Made by a program: the position numbers and the translations under genes
Shown: piece after piece, positions 39,387 through 48,603 of the stretch
Position numbering within the stretch: position 1 is the first letter of the stretch
Layout of the letters: every line of letters starts with the position of its first letter
The notes under the pieces: model-generated
Database searches by the model: none
What the model was told of the DNA's origin: nothing
The model's input: only the letters and a program-made list of their open reading frames with translations
Origin: Waterburya sp.
GTDB taxonomy: Bacteria > Cyanobacteriota > Cyanobacteriia > Cyanobacteriales > Xenococcaceae
Direction of reading: 5' to 3'
Assembly: GCA_965217895.1 (NCBI GenBank)
Contig: CBDCJV010000002.1
Span: 3,072,001-3,136,000, forward strand
DNA length: 64,000 nucleotides

Positions 39387-40841
39387 TTATTTTAAAGTTT
39401 TATTTTGAGAGTCAATCCGAGACAAGTATAGATAATAGTTTTGACCACACATTCCTATCCCAATAAATCCCCATAGAATCATAGCCATTGGTCCATTAGT
39501 AATAGTCTTGAGAAATATCTGAGATATACTGCCGATAATAAGGGCATAAGCAGCGTTTAAAACCAGATCTTTATTTTTTAAAGAACTTTGCCTAATTTGG
39601 GCAATTAATAAAACCGCGCTCAATACATAAGGAGTAGTACCTACCCATCCTAAAGAAAATAAGAGAGTCAAAATACCGTTATCAAACACGACAAAATTGA
39701 CCTTGAGATCGACATCTGGTTCAATCGGGTTTTTGATTCCTTGTCCCACAAACTCGGTTGCAGCTAGATCAATTAGTTGACTGTAACCTCCTAATCTTGC
39801 CTTATAACTAGTATCTGTTTTAGTATCGGTAAATGATTCTACACGCTCACTGATAACAGTAGAAAATGGCTCCACTCTAGTTATCGGCAAAATCATCAAA
39901 ATTCCTAGTAAAATACTAACAAGTAGGCGAATTTTTAACTGAAATTTTAGAGCTTGGAAAAAAATAAACATACTCACAAACCAACCTAACCAAGCAGAAC
40001 GTGCCAGAGATAGAAGAAAGCTTAGATAGCCAATGCCATTAGCCCACAAGTTTCGACTTTGCTGCATTGAAAGCACCAACAACAGACAGGCGGTTATCAT
40101 CGCAGCAAAAGACTGTGGAGAATCCATCATGCTCGATACCCTAATTCCAAAAGGTTCTGGCAGACCAAAACTTCTAGTACCCAACTCGTCTATTCTGTCA
40201 ATCCAAAAACGATCCCAAGGCGGTGCAACTATATACTGGACGATGCCATAAGCTCCCATAACCAAAGCACCCCAAATAAAGGTGCGCTGAGTATTCTGAC
40301 GATAGCTGGGATAATCTCGCCACTGTAGCAATATATGAAAAGCAAAGGCAATGGGAGCTAACCATTCAAACAAAATAAAAATTCCCCGATCTACAAAGCC
40401 ATCATTAATTAATGAAAGAATCCAGCCATACAGACAACAGCTAGAAGCAACAATAAAGGGTAAGCCATTGTGTTTGTGAGCTTTGAGCGAATATTTAATT
40501 AAGCTTAGTACTGAAATAGAGGTGACTAACGTTGCAGCCAAAGTCCAGGGTCCTGGAGTCAAATAACCACAGCGGTAGTCAATCAGACGACGTACTAAAG
40601 ATCCGACAAACCACATCCACCAAGTAAAGCTACAGTAAATCAGGGGATATCGACGATATAATAGCCATCCGACTAATAATGAGCCAAGAGGAAATGTAGC
40701 GATCGCGATCGCTCCTCCTGCAACTAGGCTGAGACAGACAAAAAAAGCTAGTCCCAATATTGCCATCCAAGCCTCTCTTGGTTGAAAATCAAGTAGATTA
40801 GTATCCCAGACTTTTTTGGATAATTTTTGCTTGAGATTCAC
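39387..40841 (-). CDS. O-antigen ligase/polymerase (Wzy-like) membrane protein
   Basis: Many TM helices, LSLARSAW, periplasmic loop with SYKARL and DNG. Confidence 0.75.
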   Translation of the reverse strand: MNLKQKLSKKVWDTNLLDFQPREAWMAILGLAFFVCLSLVAGGAIAIATFPLGSLLVGWLLYRRYPLIYCSFTWWMWFVGSLVRRLIDYRCGYLTPGPWTLAATLVTSISVLSLIKYSLKAHKHNGLPFIVASSCCLYGWILSLINDGFVDRGIFILFEWLAPIAFAFHILLQWRDYPSYRQNTQRTFIWGALVMGAYGIVQYIVAPPWDRFWIDRIDELGTRSFGLPEPFGIRVSSMMDSPQSFAAMITACLLLVLSMQQSRNLWANGIGYLSFLLSLARSAWLGWFVSMFIFFQALKFQLKIRLLVSILLGILMILPITRVEPFSTVISERVESFTDTKTDTSYKARLGGYSQLIDLAATEFVGQGIKNPIEPDVDLKVNFVVFDNGILTLLFSLGWVGTTPYVLSAVLLIAQIRQSSLKNKDLVLNAAYALIIGSISQIFLKTITNGPMAMILWGFIGIGMCGQNYYLYLSRIDSQNKTLK

Positions 40842-41821
40842 TACTTTGTCTCCCCGTCCACAAGATTAATACGATCGCGAAGCATACCCTGGGAACAGTG
40901 GCTTTGTTGACAACTCAACCAGCCTTGCTTGCGTCCCTGGATGGAAACCAACCACTTATCAAAAGCTAATTTACCTTCTCGCGGTAAAAATCGTATTAGC
41001 TGCACCAAACCAAAAGCTCTTCTCGTACCAACCAGCATTGCCCAAACCATAAATAGGATTCGCTGGCGGAAAGGAAAATGCTCTAGTATTGCTAAGGTTT
41101 CATTATGTACCTCATTTAAAAAAGCTACTGAATTAAAGCGATCTCGTAAATCTTCATCAAACCTTTCAGCTAAATAATGATCGACAACAATTTGTGGATC
41201 GTAAATTAATTTCCACCCATCCCGTATCATAGGCAGACAAAAAGCCACTTCAAAATGTACCTGTGCGCCACTACCCCTCATCCTTGGATCGAAGCGTTTA
41301 TCCTTGATTGCCTGAGTTCGATAGCTCATATTCACACCCTTTAAAAAATCCACTTCTCGCGCAGTGCCAAAACCTAAATGATGATTGGCGATCATTCTGC
41401 CAAACCACTGTAGCTTCCCGACTACTCGTTTTTCACCTTTAATCAACTGCTTTCCTTCATACATAAGGTCTTTACCGCCAACGCCAGCTAGCTCTGGATG
41501 AGCTTCAAAATGAGCCTCAATCTTTGCTAGCCAATCATGATGAGGGACAGCATCGTCGTCAGTAAAACTAACAATATCTCCTTGGGCAAAATCCAAACCT
41601 AAGTTCATCGCAGCAATTACCCCCGTCACTTTTACAGTTAAAGTTTCGATTGGCAAAAGTTCGGCATCAAAATTTTCTAGAAATTCCCAAGTCAAATCAT
41701 CGCTATCTCGTACAATTATCAATATTTCATCAGCTAGCCGAAGCTGATTTTTTAGACCTATCAAACAATTATGAAGAGGTTCAGGACGACGATAGGTGGG
41801 AATAATAACGGTTATGTTCAC
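40841..41821 (-). CDS. GT2 glycosyltransferase
   Basis: VIIPTYRR, FTDDD, GVNMSYR. Confidence 0.9.
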   Translation of the reverse strand: MNITVIIPTYRRPEPLHNCLIGLKNQLRLADEILIIVRDSDDLTWEFLENFDAELLPIETLTVKVTGVIAAMNLGLDFAQGDIVSFTDDDAVPHHDWLAKIEAHFEAHPELAGVGGKDLMYEGKQLIKGEKRVVGKLQWFGRMIANHHLGFGTAREVDFLKGVNMSYRTQAIKDKRFDPRMRGSGAQVHFEVAFCLPMIRDGWKLIYDPQIVVDHYLAERFDEDLRDRFNSVAFLNEVHNETLAILEHFPFRQRILFMVWAMLVGTRRAFGLVQLIRFLPREGKLAFDKWLVSIQGRKQGWLSCQQSHCSQGMLRDRINLVDGETK

Positions 41822-41859
41822 TAGCTTTTTTGATAGTCATTTTGATTAAAATTTTTCTG

Positions 41860-43074
41860 TTATAATGTCTTGCTTTGATGTAATTTATCACTATAAATAT
41901 TTGTTAAATTCTTAGCACTTGTTTCAATATTGAATGGACTATCTTTTTGTAGAGCAGATAGAGCTTCAATTTGCTTGAGTTTGAAGTCTGTTTTGTTTAA
42001 AGCTAAAATTGATTCTGCCCATTCTATAGGGGATTGAGATAAAGATAAACGATGTAATAATGGCTTAACTACATCTGCTGCTTCTGGTACTACATCAGAA
42101 ATGACACAGGGTAGTCCTGCTGCTTGTGCCTCGATCAATACTAGTCCTAATCCTTCGTAAAGCGATGGAAACACAAACACATCCATTGCGCCAAGCATTA
42201 TTCGAGGTACATCTGGACGCACTCCAGTCAAGACAACTTTGTCTGTCAAACCTAGTTTGGCTAATTCCTGCTCGATTGGCGATCGCAATGAACCATCTCC
42301 CACCAACAAAAGACAAATCTTAGATTCTCGCCGAGCAATTTCAGCAACTATTTCAATTAAAAAATGATGATTTTTTTGGGGTTCAAATCTACCAACGTGA
42401 CCAATTACAAAAGCATCTTGACGAATACCTAATTCTGAACGAACCCTAACAGGATCTACTGGTTCTTGAAAAAGACTCATATCTAGACCACAATAAAGAA
42501 TTTGCCAACGGCGATCGCTTTGCCAATGCTGACCAAATAAGTCTACTGCTGCTTGCTGGCTACAGGCTAAACCAACTGTAGCATAATTAGATATCCATGA
42601 TTTCATCAAGACGGAATAAAAACGTTTTTTCCACCCACCTTGACTAATTGTAGAGGTATCGTTGTGAGAATGAGAAATCCGAATGGGAACACCAGCTTGA
42701 TGGGCTATACGAAGAATCTGACCATCAAAATAATGAACGTGACTGTGAACTACATCATAAGCACCATACTGCTGCAATACTTGTTGAAAATTTGCTGCGT
42801 AAGTCCACCAGAGTCTTGATGGATGAGGTAAATAAGGAGAGGCAATAATCCGACAGCCAAAAGAACGAATTTCATCATCATAGTCACAGGGTTCTAGGGC
42901 ATGCACCATAAAATCTATTTGGAATAAATTACGGTCAATATTACGTAAAACGTGCATCAACCACGTTTCAATACCTCCTCGATTCATACTACCGACAACA
43001 TTGAGTATTTTAATCGGGCGAACCTTTGGTGATTTCTCTTTACAAGATGAGTCTATTGATTTTGTATAGTTCAT
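41860..43074 (-). CDS. GT4 glycosyltransferase (EpsF-like)
   Basis: RGGIE, VGRFEPQKN, EGLGLVLIEAQ. Confidence 0.9.
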   Translation of the reverse strand: MNYTKSIDSSCKEKSPKVRPIKILNVVGSMNRGGIETWLMHVLRNIDRNLFQIDFMVHALEPCDYDDEIRSFGCRIIASPYLPHPSRLWWTYAANFQQVLQQYGAYDVVHSHVHYFDGQILRIAHQAGVPIRISHSHNDTSTISQGGWKKRFYSVLMKSWISNYATVGLACSQQAAVDLFGQHWQSDRRWQILYCGLDMSLFQEPVDPVRVRSELGIRQDAFVIGHVGRFEPQKNHHFLIEIVAEIARRESKICLLLVGDGSLRSPIEQELAKLGLTDKVVLTGVRPDVPRIMLGAMDVFVFPSLYEGLGLVLIEAQAAGLPCVISDVVPEAADVVKPLLHRLSLSQSPIEWAESILALNKTDFKLKQIEALSALQKDSPFNIETSAKNLTNIYSDKLHQSKTL

Positions 43075-43177
43075 ATATTTTCTTTTTTTTATTAACTGTT
43101 TTTTTATAAATAAAATTTTTTTGTTTATAGACTAGTTTTGTCCACTTGAAGATTAGACCTCAAATAAATATCAAATT

Positions 43178-44026
43178 CTATTTAAAAATATGCTTCAAAT
43201 GAGAATGTTTAAGAATTTCAAATCGTGCTGCAAATGCTTGATTTTTTAATAAATAAATAGTCATTTGTAGAAAATAGATCGACAAAAAAGCGATTAACTT
43301 TATAAAATTGGGAGAAATATTTTTATACCGTTCTATTCCTACATATAGCCTAGCAGCTTCAATATAAATATCGTATTTAGTTAATTTTCCCACCTTTTCA
43401 GCATTAAGAGTGCTTTTACCTGCCCTAGTATCTATCACCTTTAGCTCTGGGCAATGTAAAATCTCAAAGCCATTGGCGATCGCTTTTAAACACAACAAAG
43501 CATCTTCATAGCCAAAAAATATTTTTTCATCCCATTTTTCTATTTGGAAAAAAGCAGCGGGAAAAACCGCAGTATGAAGATCTACACAGAAAGGATTTTT
43601 ACTAGGACGAAAAAAACCGCGAAAAGAAAGTTTCGTCGGTTTACCTCCTGTTAAAAAGGTACGCTTTCTTGCTTCAGGAGTCATAGTCTGATATCTTGCT
43701 TTGGCTTTAGCGATAAAGTTAAATTCAACACGAATATCATCATCAATAAATGCCACAAAATCAGTGGTCGGTAGTGCCTGAAAAGCGCAGTTGCGATTCG
43801 CACATACTCCTGTATGAGAGCCAATGACATAAATAGTTTGAGGATATTGCTTAACAATATTTTGATTTTGCTGCTGAGTCTTTAAATCCCCTGAATCGTC
43901 AGCCACTACAACGCAATCTGGCTTAACAATAGAATTCCAGAGTGAAAACAAGCAATTATCTAGCTCTTGAGGGGCATTCATCGTAGTTATACAAGCGGAC
44001 AAGTTTATTTGGTCGTTTTTCTCCAT
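43178..44026 (-). CDS. GT2 glycosyltransferase
   Basis: VADDS, ANRN, FIDDD, GYED. Confidence 0.85.
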   Translation of the reverse strand: MEKNDQINLSACITTMNAPQELDNCLFSLWNSIVKPDCVVVADDSGDLKTQQQNQNIVKQYPQTIYVIGSHTGVCANRNCAFQALPTTDFVAFIDDDIRVEFNFIAKAKARYQTMTPEARKRTFLTGGKPTKLSFRGFFRPSKNPFCVDLHTAVFPAAFFQIEKWDEKIFFGYEDALLCLKAIANGFEILHCPELKVIDTRAGKSTLNAEKVGKLTKYDIYIEAARLYVGIERYKNISPNFIKLIAFLSIYFLQMTIYLLKNQAFAARFEILKHSHLKHIFK

Positions 44027-44035
44027 AGTATTGCC

Positions 44036-45202
44036 TCATTTATTGGCTAAGAATTGTTTCTGCTTTAATGCCTTCTCGTATAAAGCAAGGGTTTTTTGGG
44101 CAATACTTTTCCAGCTATACTTTTGAGCCTTGTTATAAGCATTTTGACGCAGGCGATCGAGTTCGGCGCGATCGCCAATTAATTTTTCTAGTGCCGTTTC
44201 TATAGCTTTACTGTCTCGAAGAGGAATAATCAAACCATCTTCCGAGTCGTCAATAATGTCTAACTGTCCGCTGGTAGCGGTGGTAACTGGAGCTAGTCCA
44301 CAAGCCATAGCTTCAATCAAAGCCAAGCTAAAACCTTCTGATAAAGAAGGAAAAAGTTTTATATGATGATCTTTAAGAAGTTGAGGTAATTGTTTGTGAT
44401 CAAAACGGGGTATTACCTCAATGCGATCGCGAATAAGGGGATCGAAATCCGCATAAACTCGATCAACGCTGGTACATTCTTTACAGGCTGTTCCCAAAAA
44501 GCTCATTTCAACATTGGGATAGCGAAATAAAATGTTATTTAATGCAGGAACACTAAATTTTATTCCTTTGCGGGGAATAAAGGTGCTTACTTGAGCGATA
44601 CGGATAGTCGTATCTACTTCAGTTATTGGCTTAAAAGCAAGATGCAGCAGATAGTCAGGAATACCGTTGGCTACAGTATGAATTTTGTCTGGACTAATAC
44701 CCAAAACTTCTACTGCATATTTATATTCTTCGCTATTCAAAAGACAAATTAAATCTGCGTGATGCAATGACTGGGCAACTTCCCACAGATAAATACTTCC
44801 ACGATACATCCCATATTTCCAACTCAAGGACATATCTCCCCTAGCTTGATCGGCTTTTTTCTGGAGATGACTTATATGTTCTAGACCATGACTTCTGGTG
44901 ACTAATAAAGGAGCATAAACCTGAAACTTGGACAACCATTTAGCCCAAAACCAGAGATCGCGAGTAGAAGCATCTACAACATCAATCTTTTTCTTGCTAT
45001 TTTGCATCCATAAAAACCCAGCAACCCAAAAAGGAAAGGTCAAAAATTTAAGAATGTTAGGCAACTTTTTAGGTAAATTATCAAAAGAATAGTAATTTAC
45101 CTGATGTCCTAATTTCTGATACTCTTTACCTAGTTTTAGGGTCGCACCAGAAGCTCCTGCATTGGGGTCAAGATAGTGGTGAATAACAAACAAAACATTC
45201 AT
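44036..45202 (-). CDS. GT4 glycosyltransferase
   Basis: PRKG, EGFSLALIEAMACG. Confidence 0.9.
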   Translation of the reverse strand: MNVLFVIHHYLDPNAGASGATLKLGKEYQKLGHQVNYYSFDNLPKKLPNILKFLTFPFWVAGFLWMQNSKKKIDVVDASTRDLWFWAKWLSKFQVYAPLLVTRSHGLEHISHLQKKADQARGDMSLSWKYGMYRGSIYLWEVAQSLHHADLICLLNSEEYKYAVEVLGISPDKIHTVANGIPDYLLHLAFKPITEVDTTIRIAQVSTFIPRKGIKFSVPALNNILFRYPNVEMSFLGTACKECTSVDRVYADFDPLIRDRIEVIPRFDHKQLPQLLKDHHIKLFPSLSEGFSLALIEAMACGLAPVTTATSGQLDIIDDSEDGLIIPLRDSKAIETALEKLIGDRAELDRLRQNAYNKAQKYSWKSIAQKTLALYEKALKQKQFLANK

Positions 45203-45299
45203 TTTATTATAAGTTTGGTTCTAATTTAATTTCGAACAAAAAACGGTTTTAAAAAATCCTAGTTGCGACCGGGGCAATATCGGAGCATTGCAATCACGA

Positions 45300-46649
45300 C
45301 TATGATTTGAAATTAATCGGTAAAGCTTGCAACATAAAGCGAAAATCCTCTTTTTGCAGCATCAATCCTGGTAACTTTACCTTCAAAACTAAGGGATAGC
45401 AGACTAAAATAAATATTAGTCTAACTATTGATGACAGTAGTAAAGCTAGTCCCGCGCCTTCCATTCCATATAAAGGAATCAAAAATAACATCAACGGCCA
45501 ATTAAGTGCCAAACCAACACATTGTAAAATTGTCACGATGCCAGGTTTACCCAGAGCCATGAATGCCTGAGCATAAACCCAAGTAGTGCTATTAATTGTA
45601 ATATCTACCAGCAAAATTCTTAGAACCAAGGTTGCTTGAAGAAACTCCGCACCATAAAGTAACTTCAACAATATAGGCCCTAAAATGATTCCTCCGATAG
45701 CCCCCAAAGAGGCAAGAAAAATACTAATTCTGGCTGCTTTTGTGGTCAACTCGACAACTTCGTCTTTTGGTCTAGCAGCAGCTTTTGGTAACAAAACTAC
45801 CACAATTGAACTTTGTATTATGTTGAGCATTCGAGAAATACTGAGAGCTACAGTATACATCCCCATAATTTCGGAACTGAGCATTCCTACTACCAGTGCT
45901 TGACCGAGATACATGGAAAACACCCCGATCAGATCTACTCCATAGGAACGTAATCCATAACTAATTAATCTTTGATAAGCCTTGCCCAATCCCTGCCAAC
46001 GAGGACGAAATTTTTTCCAGAGGTAGATTAGCGTCCAAGCTAACATGGGAATAAGAGGGAGCAGATAAGATAATCCTGCAGTTAAAGGGGTTAATTTACC
46101 TAATAATGCCAGAGTAATTAAACTGATTACGGTAAATAGAGGTGACAAGTAGCGTAGCTGATTAGCAATGGTAAATTCGCCACGAGCTTCCAAAGCCGAC
46201 ATAAATATTAGCGTCAGTAAAGAGGCTGGAGCAAACAACATAAATAATTGGGCAATCAGAATTACTCTAGGTGAGTAGTGAGACAGCCAATAGGGTAAAA
46301 AGATGACACCAATCAACGTTGCCAAACATCCCAAACCCGTTCCTAAAATCAAGACTGCTGTAAAAAGAGCCGACTTTTCTTTGGGATAACGTTTAAAATT
46401 GTAGATTAATGCTGATGGTAATCCCAAAGTTAACATTTGGGCGATAAACTGTGGCCAAAGAATGATCGTAGCCTGTATGCCTCTACCTTCAGGACCGAGG
46501 CTTCTGGCTGTAATAACCCCCGTTGCGATATTTATAACAAGAATCAAAACTCTTGATATCAAAGTTTGGATCGCAGCAGCTTTTCCGCTTTTCGCTTGCC
46601 AAATTGAAACTAAAAACTTACTTGATACCTCTTTTAAATTCAAATTCAT
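45300..46649 (-). CDS. wzx: Oligosaccharide flippase (Wzx/MOP family)
   Basis: ARSLGPEGRG, about 12 TM helices, LLYGAEF, YGMEGA. Confidence 0.82.
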   Translation of the reverse strand: MNLNLKEVSSKFLVSIWQAKSGKAAAIQTLISRVLILVINIATGVITARSLGPEGRGIQATIILWPQFIAQMLTLGLPSALIYNFKRYPKEKSALFTAVLILGTGLGCLATLIGVIFLPYWLSHYSPRVILIAQLFMLFAPASLLTLIFMSALEARGEFTIANQLRYLSPLFTVISLITLALLGKLTPLTAGLSYLLPLIPMLAWTLIYLWKKFRPRWQGLGKAYQRLISYGLRSYGVDLIGVFSMYLGQALVVGMLSSEIMGMYTVALSISRMLNIIQSSIVVVLLPKAAARPKDEVVELTTKAARISIFLASLGAIGGIILGPILLKLLYGAEFLQATLVLRILLVDITINSTTWVYAQAFMALGKPGIVTILQCVGLALNWPLMLFLIPLYGMEGAGLALLLSSIVRLIFILVCYPLVLKVKLPGLMLQKEDFRFMLQALPINFKS

Positions 46650-46732
46650 CCCCTATGAAAAATTTTGCATTGAATAAAACTTATGAAAACAGAGGTTTGG
46701 CGGTACAAATATAGAGATATAAACTGCTAGTT

Positions 46733-47662
46733 TTACAGTCTAGAAGTGCCTAAACCCAAATTTTCCAGCCATAATTTAGTCAGAGTTTTAATTTTAGATA
46801 CTGGTCTATCTTCCCAGGGATTTTGCCACACCAAGCGACTTAGCTGCCAGAGGTTATGCTCTTTTCCCAACTTGTATTGTAGCCACTGGTAAGGCCAGCG
46901 ATCGCTTAAACTAATCTTGAAGTCTAAATTATGTTGTTTTAAAGTGTGATTAACGTTATCTACTCTCAGACGATCGTGTTCAACTGCCCGCTGCCATTGA
47001 TTATCTTCTTTACTCCAATTATTTGAATCATGAATGCGAAACTGAGATAAAACTCGATCAATACCAACTACCTCGCCAAAAAAGGGGGCTAGATCCGCTA
47101 GGTAAGCATCCGCGCAAAGCCGATATTCTTCTTCAGGTATATCCATCGCTGTAGTAAGAAACTGGCGAGAAAAACTTAATGCCGTAGAAGGAGGAAAAGG
47201 CCACCAACCACCAGATCGCTCGACCAAATTACCTACATTTCCTACAATAGATTTATAAGGCGGCCAGGGTTCACCCAAAGGAATAGAGCTTTGATTTATA
47301 TTTTGAACTTTGTGATACACTACCGTAGCCTGGGGATGATTGTTAAAAGCGGTGACTACTTCTTCTACTTTTGACGGTAGCCACAGATCGTCAGCATCCA
47401 AGAGACAAACAATTTCTCCTCTACTAACAGCAAAACCAGCATTTATTGCCGAAGCTTGTCCGCCATTGTTTTTAAAAACGGGAATAATACTATCTTTATA
47501 GCTATTAATTATTTGGCGAGAATTGTCTGTAGAACCATCGTCTACAACAATTATTTCAGTATGAGGATAGGTTTGATTAAAAGCATTATTAATTACCAAG
47601 GCTAAATAGCGATTGTAGTTGAAGTTATTAATTAAAATACTAACTAAAGGAGTAGATTTCAT
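46733..47662 (-). CDS. GT2 glycosyltransferase
   Basis: VVDDGSTD, NGGQASAIN, LDADD. Confidence 0.9.
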   Translation of the reverse strand: MKSTPLVSILINNFNYNRYLALVINNAFNQTYPHTEIIVVDDGSTDNSRQIINSYKDSIIPVFKNNGGQASAINAGFAVSRGEIVCLLDADDLWLPSKVEEVVTAFNNHPQATVVYHKVQNINQSSIPLGEPWPPYKSIVGNVGNLVERSGGWWPFPPSTALSFSRQFLTTAMDIPEEEYRLCADAYLADLAPFFGEVVGIDRVLSQFRIHDSNNWSKEDNQWQRAVEHDRLRVDNVNHTLKQHNLDFKISLSDRWPYQWLQYKLGKEHNLWQLSRLVWQNPWEDRPVSKIKTLTKLWLENLGLGTSRL

Positions 47663-47737
47663 TTATTACATCTTTATGTATTAGGCAATGGATATTAGCT
47701 GTAATTAGTTATCAAGATAATTAATCGAAGTAGAAAT

Positions 47738-48520
47738 CTATAAAAACAGACTTATTATGGCTACTATTAAAGCGACAACAGCAACGGCACTAACAATCAT
47801 TAAATATTTACGAAAATATTTAATACGGTTATTAACATTGTGAATATAGGCTAATTGTCCTTCTACCAAAGTCTGAATTCGGCTAATCTCGCTCGACTGT
47901 TGCTTTGATTCTTTGACCGATATACGAAGATCGTCAAGCATACATTCGACATTCGATTTGAAGCTAATAATTTCTTCGGATAGTTCTCCTTGTTCATTTT
48001 CTAGCTTGCCAAAACATTGTTTTATGTTGGCTTCTGTATGTTCAAATTGGTTAAGTTTTTGCTGTACTTGATGTACATAATTTTTGATATCTTGTTTAAC
48101 CTGATTAATTTGCATTATGCTCTCCGTTATTTCTAGTTTCGGTGATGCCATATAACTTTCTTGGTAAACTTGGCGAATTTGCTCGATGATCTCTTTCGCC
48201 TTTGCAGTCTTGGTGATATAACTTTTTGCTCCAGCATTGATAGCATCAAGACGATCTGATTCTCGATCGCTACCACTGAGAATAATTACTTTAGTTTCTG
48301 GATAATTTTGGATAATTTTTTCGGTTGCCTTTAAACCATCCATAACTGGCATATTTATGTCAATCAAGGCAATATCTGGACGTAATATGTCAATTTTTTC
48401 TATGGCTAACTCACCATTATTTGCTCGCCCAACTATTTCTAAATCTGGTTCTGTTTCTAGTGAGGTTTGTAAAATTTCACATAAGAGATCTTGGTCATCT
48501 GCTAATAAAATACGAATCAT
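47738..48520 (-). CDS. Response regulator: REC + coiled coil + C-terminal TM
   Basis: LADD, LIDINMP, conserved Ser/Lys region; heptad-rich middle; terminal LMIVSAVAVVALIVAIISLFL. Confidence 0.85.
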   Translation of the reverse strand: MIRILLADDQDLLCEILQTSLETEPDLEIVGRANNGELAIEKIDILRPDIALIDINMPVMDGLKATEKIIQNYPETKVIILSGSDRESDRLDAINAGAKSYITKTAKAKEIIEQIRQVYQESYMASPKLEITESIMQINQVKQDIKNYVHQVQQKLNQFEHTEANIKQCFGKLENEQGELSEEIISFKSNVECMLDDLRISVKESKQQSSEISRIQTLVEGQLAYIHNVNNRIKYFRKYLMIVSAVAVVALIVAIISLFL

Positions 48521-48603
48521 TATAAATATTGAAAAATAAAGTGTTGTTTTAAATTTTTTGGCTGTTAAAACTTAGTATTATAGTTGTATAGATAATTGTA
48601 TTA

